Part shown: one piece after another, positions 31,757 through 40,683 of the stretch | How the letters are laid out: each line of letters begins with the position of its first letter | Position numbering within the stretch: position 1 is the stretch's first letter | NCBI GenBank assembly: GCA_017481085.1 | Contig: JAFUPS010000065.1 | Location: 1-44,082, forward strand | Direction: 5' to 3' | DNA length: 44,082 nt | From: Clostridia bacterium | GTDB lineage: Bacteria > Bacillota > Clostridia > Oscillospirales > Acutalibacteraceae | Made by a program: the position numbers and the translations under genes | The notes under the pieces: model-generated | The model's input: only the letters and a program-made list of their open reading frames with translations | What the model was told of the DNA's origin: nothing | The model's database searches: none

Positions 31757-32427
31757 GCGGTTTCCTCCAGATAATATCCGGCGTTCCGCTGTGCTTTGAT
31801 GCGAATATTGGCGCTAAGCGCTGCCAGTTTTTTGCGTAGATAGCAGATGTACACCCACACGACGTTTAACTCTGTCTCGCTGTCATATCCCCAGATATGT
31901 TCCATAAACCGTTCGGTGGAAACGAGGTTTTTTGGATGCCGCATCAGCATTTCCATCATTTGGAACTCTTTGTTGGCCAGCTTATAGCTGCCGGTTGGCG
32001 TAGAAAGCTCAAATGTGGCACAATCCAGTGTAACGTTTCCCAGATGTAGCTGCGAGCTGGTCTGGTCGGTATTGGTGCGCGTCATGGCCCGGATGCGTGC
32101 CAGTAGCTCCTTGGCGGCAAAGGGCTTGGTGAGATAATCGTTAGCGCCGCTGTCCAATCCCAACACCTTATCGTCGATCTCCGATTTCGCGCTCAAGATC
32201 AGCACCGGCGTTTGATTGCCGCTTTGGCGCATCGCTTTCAGCACCGATATACCGTCCCGCTTCGGCATCATAATATCCAATATAACGCCGTCGTAATTTG
32301 CCGCCGTCAGATAATCCAACGCCTCCTCGCCGTCGTAGACGGCATCGACAGAGTAGTTATTCTTTTGTAAGATCACGGCAATCGCCTTTGATAACGAGCG
32401 TTCGTCTTCTGCCAACAGCAATCGCAT
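31753..32427 (-). CDS. OmpR/PhoB-family response regulator
   Basis: The receiver domain reads MRLLLAEDE...DGVILDIMMPKRDG...LSAK. The C-terminus is a winged helix (VYICYLRKKL). Confidence 0.9.
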   Translation of the reverse strand: MRLLLAEDERSLSKAIAVILQKNNYSVDAVYDGEEALDYLTAANYDGVILDIMMPKRDGISVLKAMRQSGNQTPVLILSAKSEIDDKVLGLDSGANDYLTKPFAAKELLARIRAMTRTNTDQTSSQLHLGNVTLDCATFELSTPTGSYKLANKEFQMMEMLMRHPKNLVSTERFMEHIWGYDSETELNVVWVYICYLRKKLAALSANIRIKAQRNAGYYLEETA

Positions 32428-32535
32428 AGCGCACCTCCACGGCTTGTCAACCTGATAACAGAATAATCGTGCTACTTAAGTTGGAGTTTAAATACAGTAT
32501 ACCACAAATAAGCACCAATGCAAATAGCACGATAA

Positions 32536-33081
32536 TTATTTTTTGGTAAGATTGCGAAACCATAGGTATCCGCTGACGGCCAAAAGGCTGACGTTGCCAA
32601 GCGTTGCCACGTATAGCGAGAATGCGGTTAAAACGGTCAAAAAAGCCCTTGAAATAATGTTGGAGATACGAGAGGAAGGGAGACATTGACCGCCGTCAAG
32701 CGGCCAAATCGGCAGCAAATTCATCAGCCCGAGCAGGAGGTGAATGCCTGCTGTATCCGATACGCCGGCAAAGGCGAAAAGAAATCCGGCGGTCAGTAGG
32801 TTGACCGCCGGACCGCCAAGAGCCACCAGCACCTGCTGTCGGTAGCGCATGGGCGTTTCTTGCAAAAGTAAACACATTCCAAACGCCGAAAACCGGATTT
32901 CTTTTGGCCGGTTGCGCACGCAACACAGCACAATCAGATGCCCGCACTCGTGCATGACGGCGGCGAGCAGGCATATCGCGGTCAGTTGTCCGCCGCTTTG
33001 CATACACAGTACCGTCAACATGGCCGGAAACAGGAGGCTGAATTTTACCTTAATGCCACCAAGCTGTATGCTGGGAATCAT
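32536..33081 (-). CDS. Minimal site-2 (M50) intramembrane metalloprotease, SpoIVFB-like but without PDZ or CBS domains
   Basis: It has HECGH (HExxH) in a TM helix and the second S2P motif NLLPIWPLDGG. It is only 181 aa. Confidence 0.65.
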   Translation of the reverse strand: MIPSIQLGGIKVKFSLLFPAMLTVLCMQSGGQLTAICLLAAVMHECGHLIVLCCVRNRPKEIRFSAFGMCLLLQETPMRYRQQVLVALGGPAVNLLTAGFLFAFAGVSDTAGIHLLLGLMNLLPIWPLDGGQCLPSSRISNIISRAFLTVLTAFSLYVATLGNVSLLAVSGYLWFRNLTKK

Positions 33082-33302
33082 GGTGTGACCTCGGTTTGCT
33101 CACCGTCCGGTTCGCCAACCAATGCCGATACCGCTATATCGATCCAATGATTGTCGGACATCGAGCTTTCCCATGCGCTCTTCCATTCGGCGTATAGCGG
33201 ACCGCCGATCAGGCGTACTGTCAGTGCGGTTGCCAGAAAGATGGCGACTACGATACTTTGAGTGATAAGCAATCCGGCTCCGCTTTTCTTTTCTTGCTTC
33301 AT
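33078..33302 (-). CDS. Small single-pass membrane protein, translationally coupled to the M50 gene
   Basis: The ATG at 33302 lies just downstream of the spoIVA stop. Its stop overlaps the M50 start by 4 nt. The TM segment is LLITQSIVVAIFLATALTV. Confidence 0.4.
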   Translation of the reverse strand: MKQEKKSGAGLLITQSIVVAIFLATALTVRLIGGPLYAEWKSAWESSMSDNHWIDIAVSALVGEPDGEQTEVTP

Positions 33303-33306
33303 ACGC

Positions 33307-34785
33307 TTACACAATGATGCAGATGAGGCCGCTGCAACCGTCGTTAATGATACGCTCCACCGTTTCCTTGAGCTTCATGCGTGCATCCATCGGCATGCGT
33401 GCGAGCTTGTTGTGCAAGCCTTCATTCACCAGACCGTAGAGCGACGTGCCGAAGATATTCGATTCCCAGATCTTGCCGGGGCTTTCCTCGAACTCACGCA
33501 ACAGATAGGAGACCAGATCCTCCGATTGCTTCTCCGATCCAACGATGGGGGAAACCTCGGTCATGATGTCCGCACGTAGCATGTGAATGGAAGGCGCTTG
33601 TGCGCGCAACCGTACGCCGTACTGCCCGGATTGCTTGATGATTTCCGGCTCATCCAGTTCCAGCTCATCCAAGGCCGGCATAACGATGCCATAGCCGGTT
33701 GCTTCTACCTCGTCCAGCGCGTTTTTGAATTTCTCGTAGCGCCGTGCGGTGGCGGCCAATTCGGTCATGCGATCCATAACGGCTGCTTCGTCCGGAAGAT
33801 CAAAGCCGGTTACCTCGCCCAATAAGCGGTAGAACAGCCCGTTTTGCAATTGCACGGATAAGCAGACCGTGCCACTGCCCGGCCGAATGTTTTTCACACG
33901 GCTGTTTTCTACGTATTCGCAAGCCAGCAATCCATCGATGATGCGCTCGCTGTCACGCAGGCGTTTGACGTTGCCGGCGGCGTCCCGGATATGCTTCATC
34001 ATATCGCAACGCACCGGATGCTCCTGCCCGAGCATCAGCATCCAGCGTGGCAGATCGAATTCCAATTCGCGTACCGGGAACTCATACAGAATGCGTTCCA
34101 ATACGGCAAGCATCTGCTCTTCGCTGACAGTCAGACAATCGACCGGGCATACCGGCACACCGTATTGTTGCTCCAACGAAGCGGCCAACTGCCGTACCGC
34201 TGCCGATTCCGGCGCGGTGCAGTTGAGCAGTACGACGAACGGTTTGTTGATCGCTTTCAGCTCGTCGATAATGCGTTGCTCCACCTCGGCGTATTCTTCA
34301 CGAGGGATATCGCCGATCGATCCGTCGGTAGTGACGACCAGCCCGATGGTGGAATGCTCCGTAATGACCTTTTGTGTGCCGAGCTCGGCGGCGAGGTTGA
34401 ACGGAACTTCTTCCTCAAACCACGGCGTTTTGACCATGCGTGGCGCTTCGTCCTCGATGTATCCAAGCGCCGAGGGAACGATGTAGCCAACGCAATCGAT
34501 CAGCCGCACGTTCATGGATGCGGCACGGTCGATCGTCACGTGCACGGCATCCTCGGGGATGAATTTCGGCTCGGTAGTCATGATCGTGCGACCGGCGGCC
34601 GATTGCGGAAGCTCGTCAACCGCGCGTTCGCGCTTAGCAGCATCCTCAATATGAGGAATAACGAGCGTATCCATAAACCGTTTGATAAAGGTGGATTTGC
34701 CGGTGCGTACCGGTCCTACTACGCCGATATAGATATCGCCGCCGGTACGGGTGGCAATATCCCGGTAGATCGCTGCAGATGTCAT
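33307..34785 (-). CDS. spoIVA: Stage IV sporulation protein A (spore coat morphogenetic ATPase)
   Basis: IYRDIATRTGGDIYIGVVGPVRTGKSTFIKRFM (Walker A) and the 492-aa length are typical of SpoIVA. Confidence 0.9.
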   Translation of the reverse strand: MTSAAIYRDIATRTGGDIYIGVVGPVRTGKSTFIKRFMDTLVIPHIEDAAKRERAVDELPQSAAGRTIMTTEPKFIPEDAVHVTIDRAASMNVRLIDCVGYIVPSALGYIEDEAPRMVKTPWFEEEVPFNLAAELGTQKVITEHSTIGLVVTTDGSIGDIPREEYAEVEQRIIDELKAINKPFVVLLNCTAPESAAVRQLAASLEQQYGVPVCPVDCLTVSEEQMLAVLERILYEFPVRELEFDLPRWMLMLGQEHPVRCDMMKHIRDAAGNVKRLRDSERIIDGLLACEYVENSRVKNIRPGSGTVCLSVQLQNGLFYRLLGEVTGFDLPDEAAVMDRMTELAATARRYEKFKNALDEVEATGYGIVMPALDELELDEPEIIKQSGQYGVRLRAQAPSIHMLRADIMTEVSPIVGSEKQSEDLVSYLLREFEESPGKIWESNIFGTSLYGLVNEGLHNKLARMPMDARMKLKETVERIINDGCSGLICIIV

Positions 34786-34823
34786 AGTGCTTTCCTCCAG
34801 TCCGTTTAGTGCTTGTTTGTAAC

Positions 34824-34852
34824 AATATACGGACAGGGGAATGGAAATATGA
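34824..34852 (-). promoter_or_regulatory. Candidate sigmaE-type promoter for spoIVA
   Basis: On the minus strand the site reads TCATATT, 14 nt of spacer, then CGTATATT. The sigmaE consensus as I recall it is kmATATT-N14-CATACAnT. A GGAGGA RBS lies before the ATG. Confidence 0.4.
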
Positions 34853-34869
34853 CAGGTTTTGTGATGGGC

Positions 34870-34898
34870 TTGAATTTCCTCGCGCGATTTGGTATAAT
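34870..34898 (+). promoter_or_regulatory. SigmaA promoter for the radical SAM operon
   Basis: TTGAAT, 17 nt of spacer, then TATAAT preceded by TGg (extended -10). Confidence 0.6.
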
Positions 34899-34928
34899 GA
34901 TACCATTCCGATGGGAAAGGAAAAAGCT

Positions 34929-36770
34929 ATGCCTACACTTGATGAATTGTTTTTGTCTGTGCAAAAACCGTCGCGCTATACCGGCGGCGAGTTAAACAGT
35001 GTTATGAAGGATAAAGCGGCGGTGGACGTGCGCTTTGCGTTCTGCTTTCCGGATCTGTATGAGGTCGGTATGTCCCACTTGGGCATGAAGATCTTGTACG
35101 GCCTTTTTAACGAGCAGCCGGATATTTGGTGCGAGCGTGTGTTTGCGCCGGATACGGATATGGAAGCCCTGATGCGTGAACACGATATTCCGCTGTGGGC
35201 GCTGGAAAGCCGCGATCCGCTGACGGCGTTTGATTTCGTCGGGTTTACGCTGCAGTATGAGATGAGCTTTACCGCCATTCTCAATATGCTGGATCTGGCG
35301 CATATTCCGGTACGCAGCGCCGATCGCGACGAGCGCTATCCGCTGGTGGTGGCCGGCGGTCCATGCGCCTGCAACCCCGAGCCGATTGCCGATTTTGTGG
35401 ATATCTTCTTCCTGGGTGAAGGGGAGGAGGTCGATCTGGAGGTCGTCCGTCTGTATCAGCAGATGAAAAAGGACGGCAGCTATTCCAAGGCGGCCTTTTT
35501 GCATGCGGCAGCACAGATCGAAGGCGTTTACGTTCCTGCGTTATACGAAGTCAGCTATAACGAGGATGGCACCGTGGCAGCGGTTACGCCGCAAGAAGGC
35601 GTGCCCGCAACGGTCAAAAAACGCATTATCCGCGACTTGGACAGTTGCTACTATCCTAAATCGTTTGTGGTACCGTTTACGGATATCGTGTTCGACCGCG
35701 CACAAAGTGAGATTTTCCGCGGCTGTATCCGCGGGTGCCGTTTTTGTCAGGCTGGCTTTATTTACCGTCCGGTACGTGAGAAATTGCCCGAGGTTATTGA
35801 CCGCCAGAGCCACGATCTGTGCCGCTCTACCGGTTATGAAGAGTTTTCGCTGTCGTCACTTTCCACCAGCGACTATACCAAGCTGGAAGAGCTGTTGCCG
35901 ATGCTGTTGGAATGGAGCGAACGTGAACACACCAATATCTCGTTGCCGTCGCTGCGTGTGGATGGCTTTTCGGAGGAGCTGGCGCAAAAGCTCAACGTGC
36001 TACGTCGTGCCGGCTTGACCTTTGCGCCGGAAGCCGGCACACAGCGTTTGCGCGACGCTATCAATAAGAACGTCACGGAGGAGGAGATCTTCCGAACGGT
36101 TACGAAAGCGTTTAATGCCGGTTGGTCGGCAGTCAAACTGTATTTTATGATGGGCTTGCCGACAGAGACGTTTGAAGACGTGGCCGGTATTGCAGAGCTC
36201 GGTCAGAAGCTGGTTAATTTGTTTTATCAGAACCCCAACCGCCCGAAGGGCAAGGGCGTGACCATTTCCATTAGCTGTGCATGCTTTGTGCCGAAGCCGT
36301 TCACGCCGTTCCAATGGGAACCGCAGGATACCGCCGAGCAGTTGGCACAAAAGCAGGAGCATCTGCGCCAGAGCGTGACGACTAAAAAGATCTCGCTGTC
36401 GATGCACGACAATACCACCAGTTATCTGGAGGCTGTACTGGCGCGCGGCGACCGTCGACTGTGCGCAGCGATCGAAGAGGTATGGCGTCGCGGCAGCAAG
36501 CTGGATGCGTGGTCGGAGCATTTTGATTACGACCGCTGGATGGGTGTGTTTGCCGATTTGGGTATCGATCCGGCGTTTTATGCCAACCGCCGCCGTTCGT
36601 ATGACGAAGTGTTGCCGTGGGATCATCTGGATTACGGCGTAACCAAGGAATTCCTCATCCGCGAAAGCAAAAAGGCGCACGAAGCACTCACAACACCGCA
36701 TTGCCGTCAGCAATGCCAGGCGTGCGGCGCGGCCTGTTGGAAGGAGGGTGTGTGCGTTGAGCATCGTTAA
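34929..36770 (+). CDS. TIGR03960-family B12-binding-domain radical SAM protein
   Basis: The start MPTLDELFLSVQKPSRYTGGELN is the characteristic N-terminus. The CxxxCxxC cluster is CIRGCRFC. Confidence 0.8.
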   Translation: MPTLDELFLSVQKPSRYTGGELNSVMKDKAAVDVRFAFCFPDLYEVGMSHLGMKILYGLFNEQPDIWCERVFAPDTDMEALMREHDIPLWALESRDPLTAFDFVGFTLQYEMSFTAILNMLDLAHIPVRSADRDERYPLVVAGGPCACNPEPIADFVDIFFLGEGEEVDLEVVRLYQQMKKDGSYSKAAFLHAAAQIEGVYVPALYEVSYNEDGTVAAVTPQEGVPATVKKRIIRDLDSCYYPKSFVVPFTDIVFDRAQSEIFRGCIRGCRFCQAGFIYRPVREKLPEVIDRQSHDLCRSTGYEEFSLSSLSTSDYTKLEELLPMLLEWSEREHTNISLPSLRVDGFSEELAQKLNVLRRAGLTFAPEAGTQRLRDAINKNVTEEEIFRTVTKAFNAGWSAVKLYFMMGLPTETFEDVAGIAELGQKLVNLFYQNPNRPKGKGVTISISCACFVPKPFTPFQWEPQDTAEQLAQKQEHLRQSVTTKKISLSMHDNTTSYLEAVLARGDRRLCAAIEEVWRRGSKLDAWSEHFDYDRWMGVFADLGIDPAFYANRRRSYDEVLPWDHLDYGVTKEFLIRESKKAHEALTTPHCRQQCQACGAACWKEGVCVEHR

Positions 36771-37416
36771 CGGTTTTTATACGGTGCGGCTGGTCTTTTC
36801 TAAAACCGGCCGTGCGCGTTACATCTCTCATCTGGACTTAAACCGCACCATGGCGCGTGTGCTGCGGCGTGCTGGTATTCCGTTGTGGTATACAGAAGGT
36901 TTTAATAAGCATCCGTATATCACGTTTGCCGCGCCGCTGTCGCTCGGGTGTGAGAGCTTGTGCGAACGCATGGATTTTCGCCTGACGGACGAAACACTTT
37001 CGATGGACGAAATCGTGGCGCGTGTCAACAAAGCAATGCCGGAGGGCTTGCAGGCGATCTCTGCAGCAGAGGCGGTACGCAAGATGTCCGCTGTCGGGTT
37101 TGCGAAATACCGTTTACAGCTTTCATGCGACCGTGGAATTGTGGGGGCTTTTCTGGAGCAACCTTCTATTGAGGTAGAGAAAAAGACTAAGAAAAAGGGC
37201 GGCGTGCTCACAGTTGACATCAAACCGCACCTGCAGATAGAGGAAATCAAAGGGGAGACGGCAACGGAGTTGACCGCGATTTTGCCGTGCAGCAACGAAA
37301 CGACCGTCAATCCGACCTTGCTGCTCACGGCGCGTTCGGCTTTTGCCGGAAGAGAAATCAAAGCGTCCTCGCTACGGTTAGAGCTGTATGATATCGACGG
37401 TGAAATTTTTGCGTAA
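36757..37416 (+). CDS. TIGR03936/DUF2344 radical-SAM-associated protein
   Basis: The motif is KTGRARYISHLDLNRTMARVLRRAGIPLWYTEGFNKHPYITFAAPLSLG. The likely start is TTG at 36757, 9 nt after AAGGAGG. A GTG at 36748 is possible but abuts the RBS. Confidence 0.75.
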   Translation: MSIVNGFYTVRLVFSKTGRARYISHLDLNRTMARVLRRAGIPLWYTEGFNKHPYITFAAPLSLGCESLCERMDFRLTDETLSMDEIVARVNKAMPEGLQAISAAEAVRKMSAVGFAKYRLQLSCDRGIVGAFLEQPSIEVEKKTKKKGGVLTVDIKPHLQIEEIKGETATELTAILPCSNETTVNPTLLLTARSAFAGREIKASSLRLELYDIDGEIFA

Positions 37417-37444
37417 AATTTCTCAAAAAATTTTATAAAAACAC

Positions 37445-37473
37445 TTGCATTTTGAAAAGAGCTGTGGTATAAT
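37445..37473 (+). promoter_or_regulatory. SigmaA promoter for rplS
   Basis: TTGCAT, 17 nt of spacer, then TATAAT with an extended TGg. Confidence 0.6.
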
Positions 37474-37479
37474 CCACTA

Positions 37480-37600
37480 GTATTTGACCGTGGGCGTAGT
37501 GCGCCCGTACGGGGGTTAATGCACAGGCACTTCGGTGCCACTACATTAAAGCGGACAGTCCTCTGCCACCGAGCATGAATGTCTGGAAATTTAGGAGGAA
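37480..37600 (+). ncRNA. Structured 5' leader of rplS (candidate L19 ribosomal-protein autoregulatory leader)
   Basis: The leader of about 130 nt contains the hairpins GGGCGT-agt-GCGCCC and GGCAC-UUCG-GUGCC (a UUCG tetraloop). TGCCAC occurs twice. Confidence 0.4.
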
Positions 37601-37607
37601 ATTTGAA

Positions 37608-37952
37608 ATGGATGCTTTGAAACTGATGGCTGCAGACAGCCTGAAAGAGACCCTGCCGGAATTCGGTATCGGTGACACGGTTCGCGTTGGCGTGAAGATC
37701 AAGGAAGGCAACCACGAGCGTATTCAGAACTTCGAGGGTACCGTGATCGCTATGCGTGGTACCGGTGTTGGCAAGACCTTTACGGTCCGCCGCGTTTCTT
37801 ATGGTGTCGGCGTGGAGCGTGTGTTCCCGTTCCATTCCCCGAACGTTGCGGAAGTCAAGGTTATCCGCTATGGTAAGGTTCGCCGTGCGAAGCTGTACTA
37901 TCTGCGTGATCGCGTTGGCAAGGCTGCGAAGGTCAAGGAACTGCTGAAATAA
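37608..37952 (+). CDS. rplS: 50S ribosomal protein L19
   Basis: [33 protein letters not shown]...[21 protein letters not shown]...RRAKLYYLR, with an AGGAGG RBS. Confidence 0.95.
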   Translation: MDALKLMAADSLKETLPEFGIGDTVRVGVKIKEGNHERIQNFEGTVIAMRGTGVGKTFTVRRVSYGVGVERVFPFHSPNVAEVKVIRYGKVRRAKLYYLRDRVGKAAKVKELLK

Positions 37953-37967
37953 TCGAAGCAAAAGAGG

Positions 37968-38026
37968 GGTTGTCTCGAAACAAGGAGCGAAAGCGCGCTG
38001 CCGGTTTTGAGACAACCTTTTGTTTT
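37968..38026 (+). terminator. Long-loop hairpin plus T-run between rplS and lepB (terminator or attenuator)
   Basis: GGTTGTCTCGAAAC (37968-37981) pairs with GTTTTGAGACAACC (38004-38017), with one G-U pair. TTTTGTTTT follows. Confidence 0.55.
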
Positions 38027-38051
38027 AACACACCGAAAGGAGGCGTAAGCA

Positions 38052-38594
38052 ATGCTGAAATTCAAGAATAAGCGTGAGTTTGCGGAAAGTGCGCTGCAGT
38101 TTTTATTTGACTGGGTCGGCGCGTTGGTGGCGGCATTGGTTGCGCTGGTCGTGCTTTTTATCTTTTTGTTCCGCGTCGTGGAGGTGGACGGTCATTCCAT
38201 GAACGATACGTTGACGGATAAAGACCGTTTGGTGCTGTGGACCATCAACTACACGCCGGAACGCGGTGATATCGTGGTGGTTGACCGTACCTCTGCCGAG
38301 CCGCTTATCAAGCGCGTGATCGGCGTAGGCGGCGACGTGGTAAAGGTGACGGAGGATGCGGTATACGTCAATGGCGAGCTATTAAACGAGCCATACGTAT
38401 CGGAACAATACCCCAACGTGCCAAACGGCATGGAGGTCACCGTGCCGGTCGGGTGTGTGTTTGTGATGGGTGACCATCGCAACAATTCCACGGATAGCCG
38501 GTACGAATCGGTCGGGTTTGTGCAGCAAGAGGATCTGGTCGGCAAGGTGATCTTCCGTTTCTTCCCGCTGTCGTCAATAGGGACGGTGGAATGA
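38052..38594 (+). CDS. lepB: Signal peptidase I
   Basis: It has an N-terminal TM helix, the Ser box GHSMNDTL, the Lys box KRVIGVGGD and GDHRNNSTDSR. Confidence 0.9.
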   Translation: MLKFKNKREFAESALQFLFDWVGALVAALVALVVLFIFLFRVVEVDGHSMNDTLTDKDRLVLWTINYTPERGDIVVVDRTSAEPLIKRVIGVGGDVVKVTEDAVYVNGELLNEPYVSEQYPNVPNGMEVTVPVGCVFVMGDHRNNSTDSRYESVGFVQQEDLVGKVIFRFFPLSSIGTVE

Positions 38595-39181
38595 GTATGG
38601 AAAAACCAAAAGGTCTACGTCTTCTGTTTGACGTTGTGGAAATACTGGTGCTGGCGGTCATTATCGCCGGTATTCTGTATGCTGCCGGGTTTCGGCAGGC
38701 CCAGGTGGACGGTCGTTCGATGGAATCGACGCTGCACCACGGCGAGCGCTTGTTGCTCAGCAATTTCTTTTACACGCCGGAGCGTGGCGATATCATCGTC
38801 ATCAACCGTTACGACAGCACAAAAACCTATTCGGAGTTTGAATTGGCTACCGAGACGACACCGCTGGTAAAGCGCGTGATCGGCGTGGGTGGCGACACGG
38901 TGCGCATCAGTGCCGATGCGGTATACGTCAACGGTGAATTGCTGGAAGAAGCCTACACCAAGGGGAGCAATTTCCCGGATTATATTCAAGAAAAAGCAGC
39001 CGATGGCAGCGTTTGCGAGGTGCAGGAGATCACTGTACCGGAGGGGTGCTTATTCGTGCTGGGGGATCATCGCGACGACTCGCTGGACAGTCGGTTTTAC
39101 GAGATCGGTTGTATTCGGGAAGAAAACGTGATGGGCAAAGCGATCTGGCGGTTTGCGCCGTTCGGACCGCTGTATGAGTGA
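38591..39181 (+). CDS. lepB: Signal peptidase I (second tandem paralog)
   Basis: The boxes are GRSMESTL, KRVIGVGGD and GDHRDDSLDSR. The start overlaps the upstream stop (ATGA). Confidence 0.9.
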   Translation: MSMEKPKGLRLLFDVVEILVLAVIIAGILYAAGFRQAQVDGRSMESTLHHGERLLLSNFFYTPERGDIIVINRYDSTKTYSEFELATETTPLVKRVIGVGGDTVRISADAVYVNGELLEEAYTKGSNFPDYIQEKAADGSVCEVQEITVPEGCLFVLGDHRDDSLDSRFYEIGCIREENVMGKAIWRFAPFGPLYE

Positions 39182-39188
39182 GGAAATT

Positions 39189-40070
39189 ATGGACGAACGT
39201 TTATCAAAGGATATTCAGTGGTTTCCGGGGCACATGACCAAGGCACGCCGCCGCATGGAGGCGGACCTTGGCAAGGTAGATATGCTCATTGAGATCGTGG
39301 ATGCACGCATTCCGATGAGTAGCCGCAATCCGGAGCTGACCGCGCTGGCTCCGCAAAAGCCGCGCTTGTTGATACTGAATAAAGCCGATCTGGCCGATAA
39401 AGCCGGCAATGCCCGTTGGACGGCTTGGTTCCGTGCGCAGGGCTATACGGTGCTGGAGGCGGATTGCCGTTCGGGCAAGGGGCTGCAACACCTGAATGCC
39501 GCCATCTGCAAGGCTATGGAAAAGCAGCGCGCCGTGTGGGAAAGCAAAGGCATGGGCGGTCGGCAGATCAAGGCGATGGTGGTCGGCATTCCGAACGTCG
39601 GCAAGTCCTCGTTTATCAACCGCATCAGCAAAACCGGCGGCAAAGCCAAAACGGAAGACCGCCCGGGCGTTACGCGCGATAACCGCTGGTATGCGGTATC
39701 GCCGGAGATTTTGTTGTTGGATACACCGGGCGTACTGTGGCCGAAGTTCCAGGACCAGACGGTTGGTCTGCACTTGGCGTTTACCGGCGCTGTGCGCGAC
39801 GATATTCTGGATGTAGAAGAACTGGCATGCGTGCTTCTCAGCGTTATGCGCCGGGAATATCCGGATGCTTTGCGGGAGCGTTACAAGCTGACCGGCGAGC
39901 TGGAGGAAGATTCCTACGAATTGTTACAACAGATCGGTCGTAAACGCGGTATGCTGGTCTCCGGTGGCGAGGTCAACACCGAACGGGCAGCGCGTATGCT
40001 GTTGGACGAATATCGCGGCGGTAAGCTCGGCGCGTTGACGCTGGAGTTTCCGCCGGAAATGGAGAGCTGA
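39189..40070 (+). CDS. rbgA: Ribosome biogenesis GTPase A (YlqF/RbgA)
   Basis: It has IQWFPGHMTKA and the circularly permuted GTPase motifs (NKADL ... GIPNVGKSSFINR ... DTPG). The ATG at 39189 follows a GAGG RBS. Confidence 0.9.
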   Translation: MDERLSKDIQWFPGHMTKARRRMEADLGKVDMLIEIVDARIPMSSRNPELTALAPQKPRLLILNKADLADKAGNARWTAWFRAQGYTVLEADCRSGKGLQHLNAAICKAMEKQRAVWESKGMGGRQIKAMVVGIPNVGKSSFINRISKTGGKAKTEDRPGVTRDNRWYAVSPEILLLDTPGVLWPKFQDQTVGLHLAFTGAVRDDILDVEELACVLLSVMRREYPDALRERYKLTGELEEDSYELLQQIGRKRGMLVSGGEVNTERAARMLLDEYRGGKLGALTLEFPPEMES

Positions 40071-40071
40071 T

Positions 40072-40677
40072 ATGACGATTTGGGAATATGACCGCGCTGT
40101 TCGGGGAGAGGGCTATCCCATCTTGGCCGGCGTGGACGAGGCCGGACGCGGCCCGCTTTGCGGTCCGGTGTGCGCAGCAGCGGTTGTGCTGCCGCCGGAC
40201 GCGTGCATTGACGGTATCAACGATTCCAAGAAGCTGACCGAAAAAAAGCGTGAGGCCTTGTTTGACGTCATTACGGAAACGGCTGTCAGCTACGGTATTG
40301 CGTTTGCTACGGTGGAAGAAATCGAAGAAATGAATATTTTAAACGCAACGTTTCTGGCGATGAATCGGGCAATTGCTCAGCTTACCGTTATGCCGGATAT
40401 GGTACTGGTTGACGGCAACCGCACGCCAAACGGATTGCTGCTGCCGTCCAGAACGGTTATTAAAGGCGATTCGCTGTCGGCGTCTATCGGCGCTGCATCC
40501 ATTTTGGCAAAGGTAAGCCGTGACCGACTGTTGATGGAAATGGACGCGCAATATCCGCAGTACGGATTTGCCAAACACAAAGGGTACGGCACCGCGGCGC
40601 ACTACGAGGCGCTTCGTCAATACGGCCCGTCGCCGGTGCATCGGATGTCATTTCTCAAGAAATTCTACCAGGAGTGA
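40072..40677 (+). CDS. rnhB: Ribonuclease HII
   Basis: GVDEAGRGPLCGPV, DSKKL, and the 201-aa length. Confidence 0.9.
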   Translation: MTIWEYDRAVRGEGYPILAGVDEAGRGPLCGPVCAAAVVLPPDACIDGINDSKKLTEKKREALFDVITETAVSYGIAFATVEEIEEMNILNATFLAMNRAIAQLTVMPDMVLVDGNRTPNGLLLPSRTVIKGDSLSASIGAASILAKVSRDRLLMEMDAQYPQYGFAKHKGYGTAAHYEALRQYGPSPVHRMSFLKKFYQE

Positions 40678-40683
40678 ACGGAC

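Noticed and set aside
32447-32686. 79-aa minus-strand ORF overlapping the 3' end of the M50 protease gene
   Set aside because: It overlaps a better-supported gene in another frame and has no RBS or recognisable motif.
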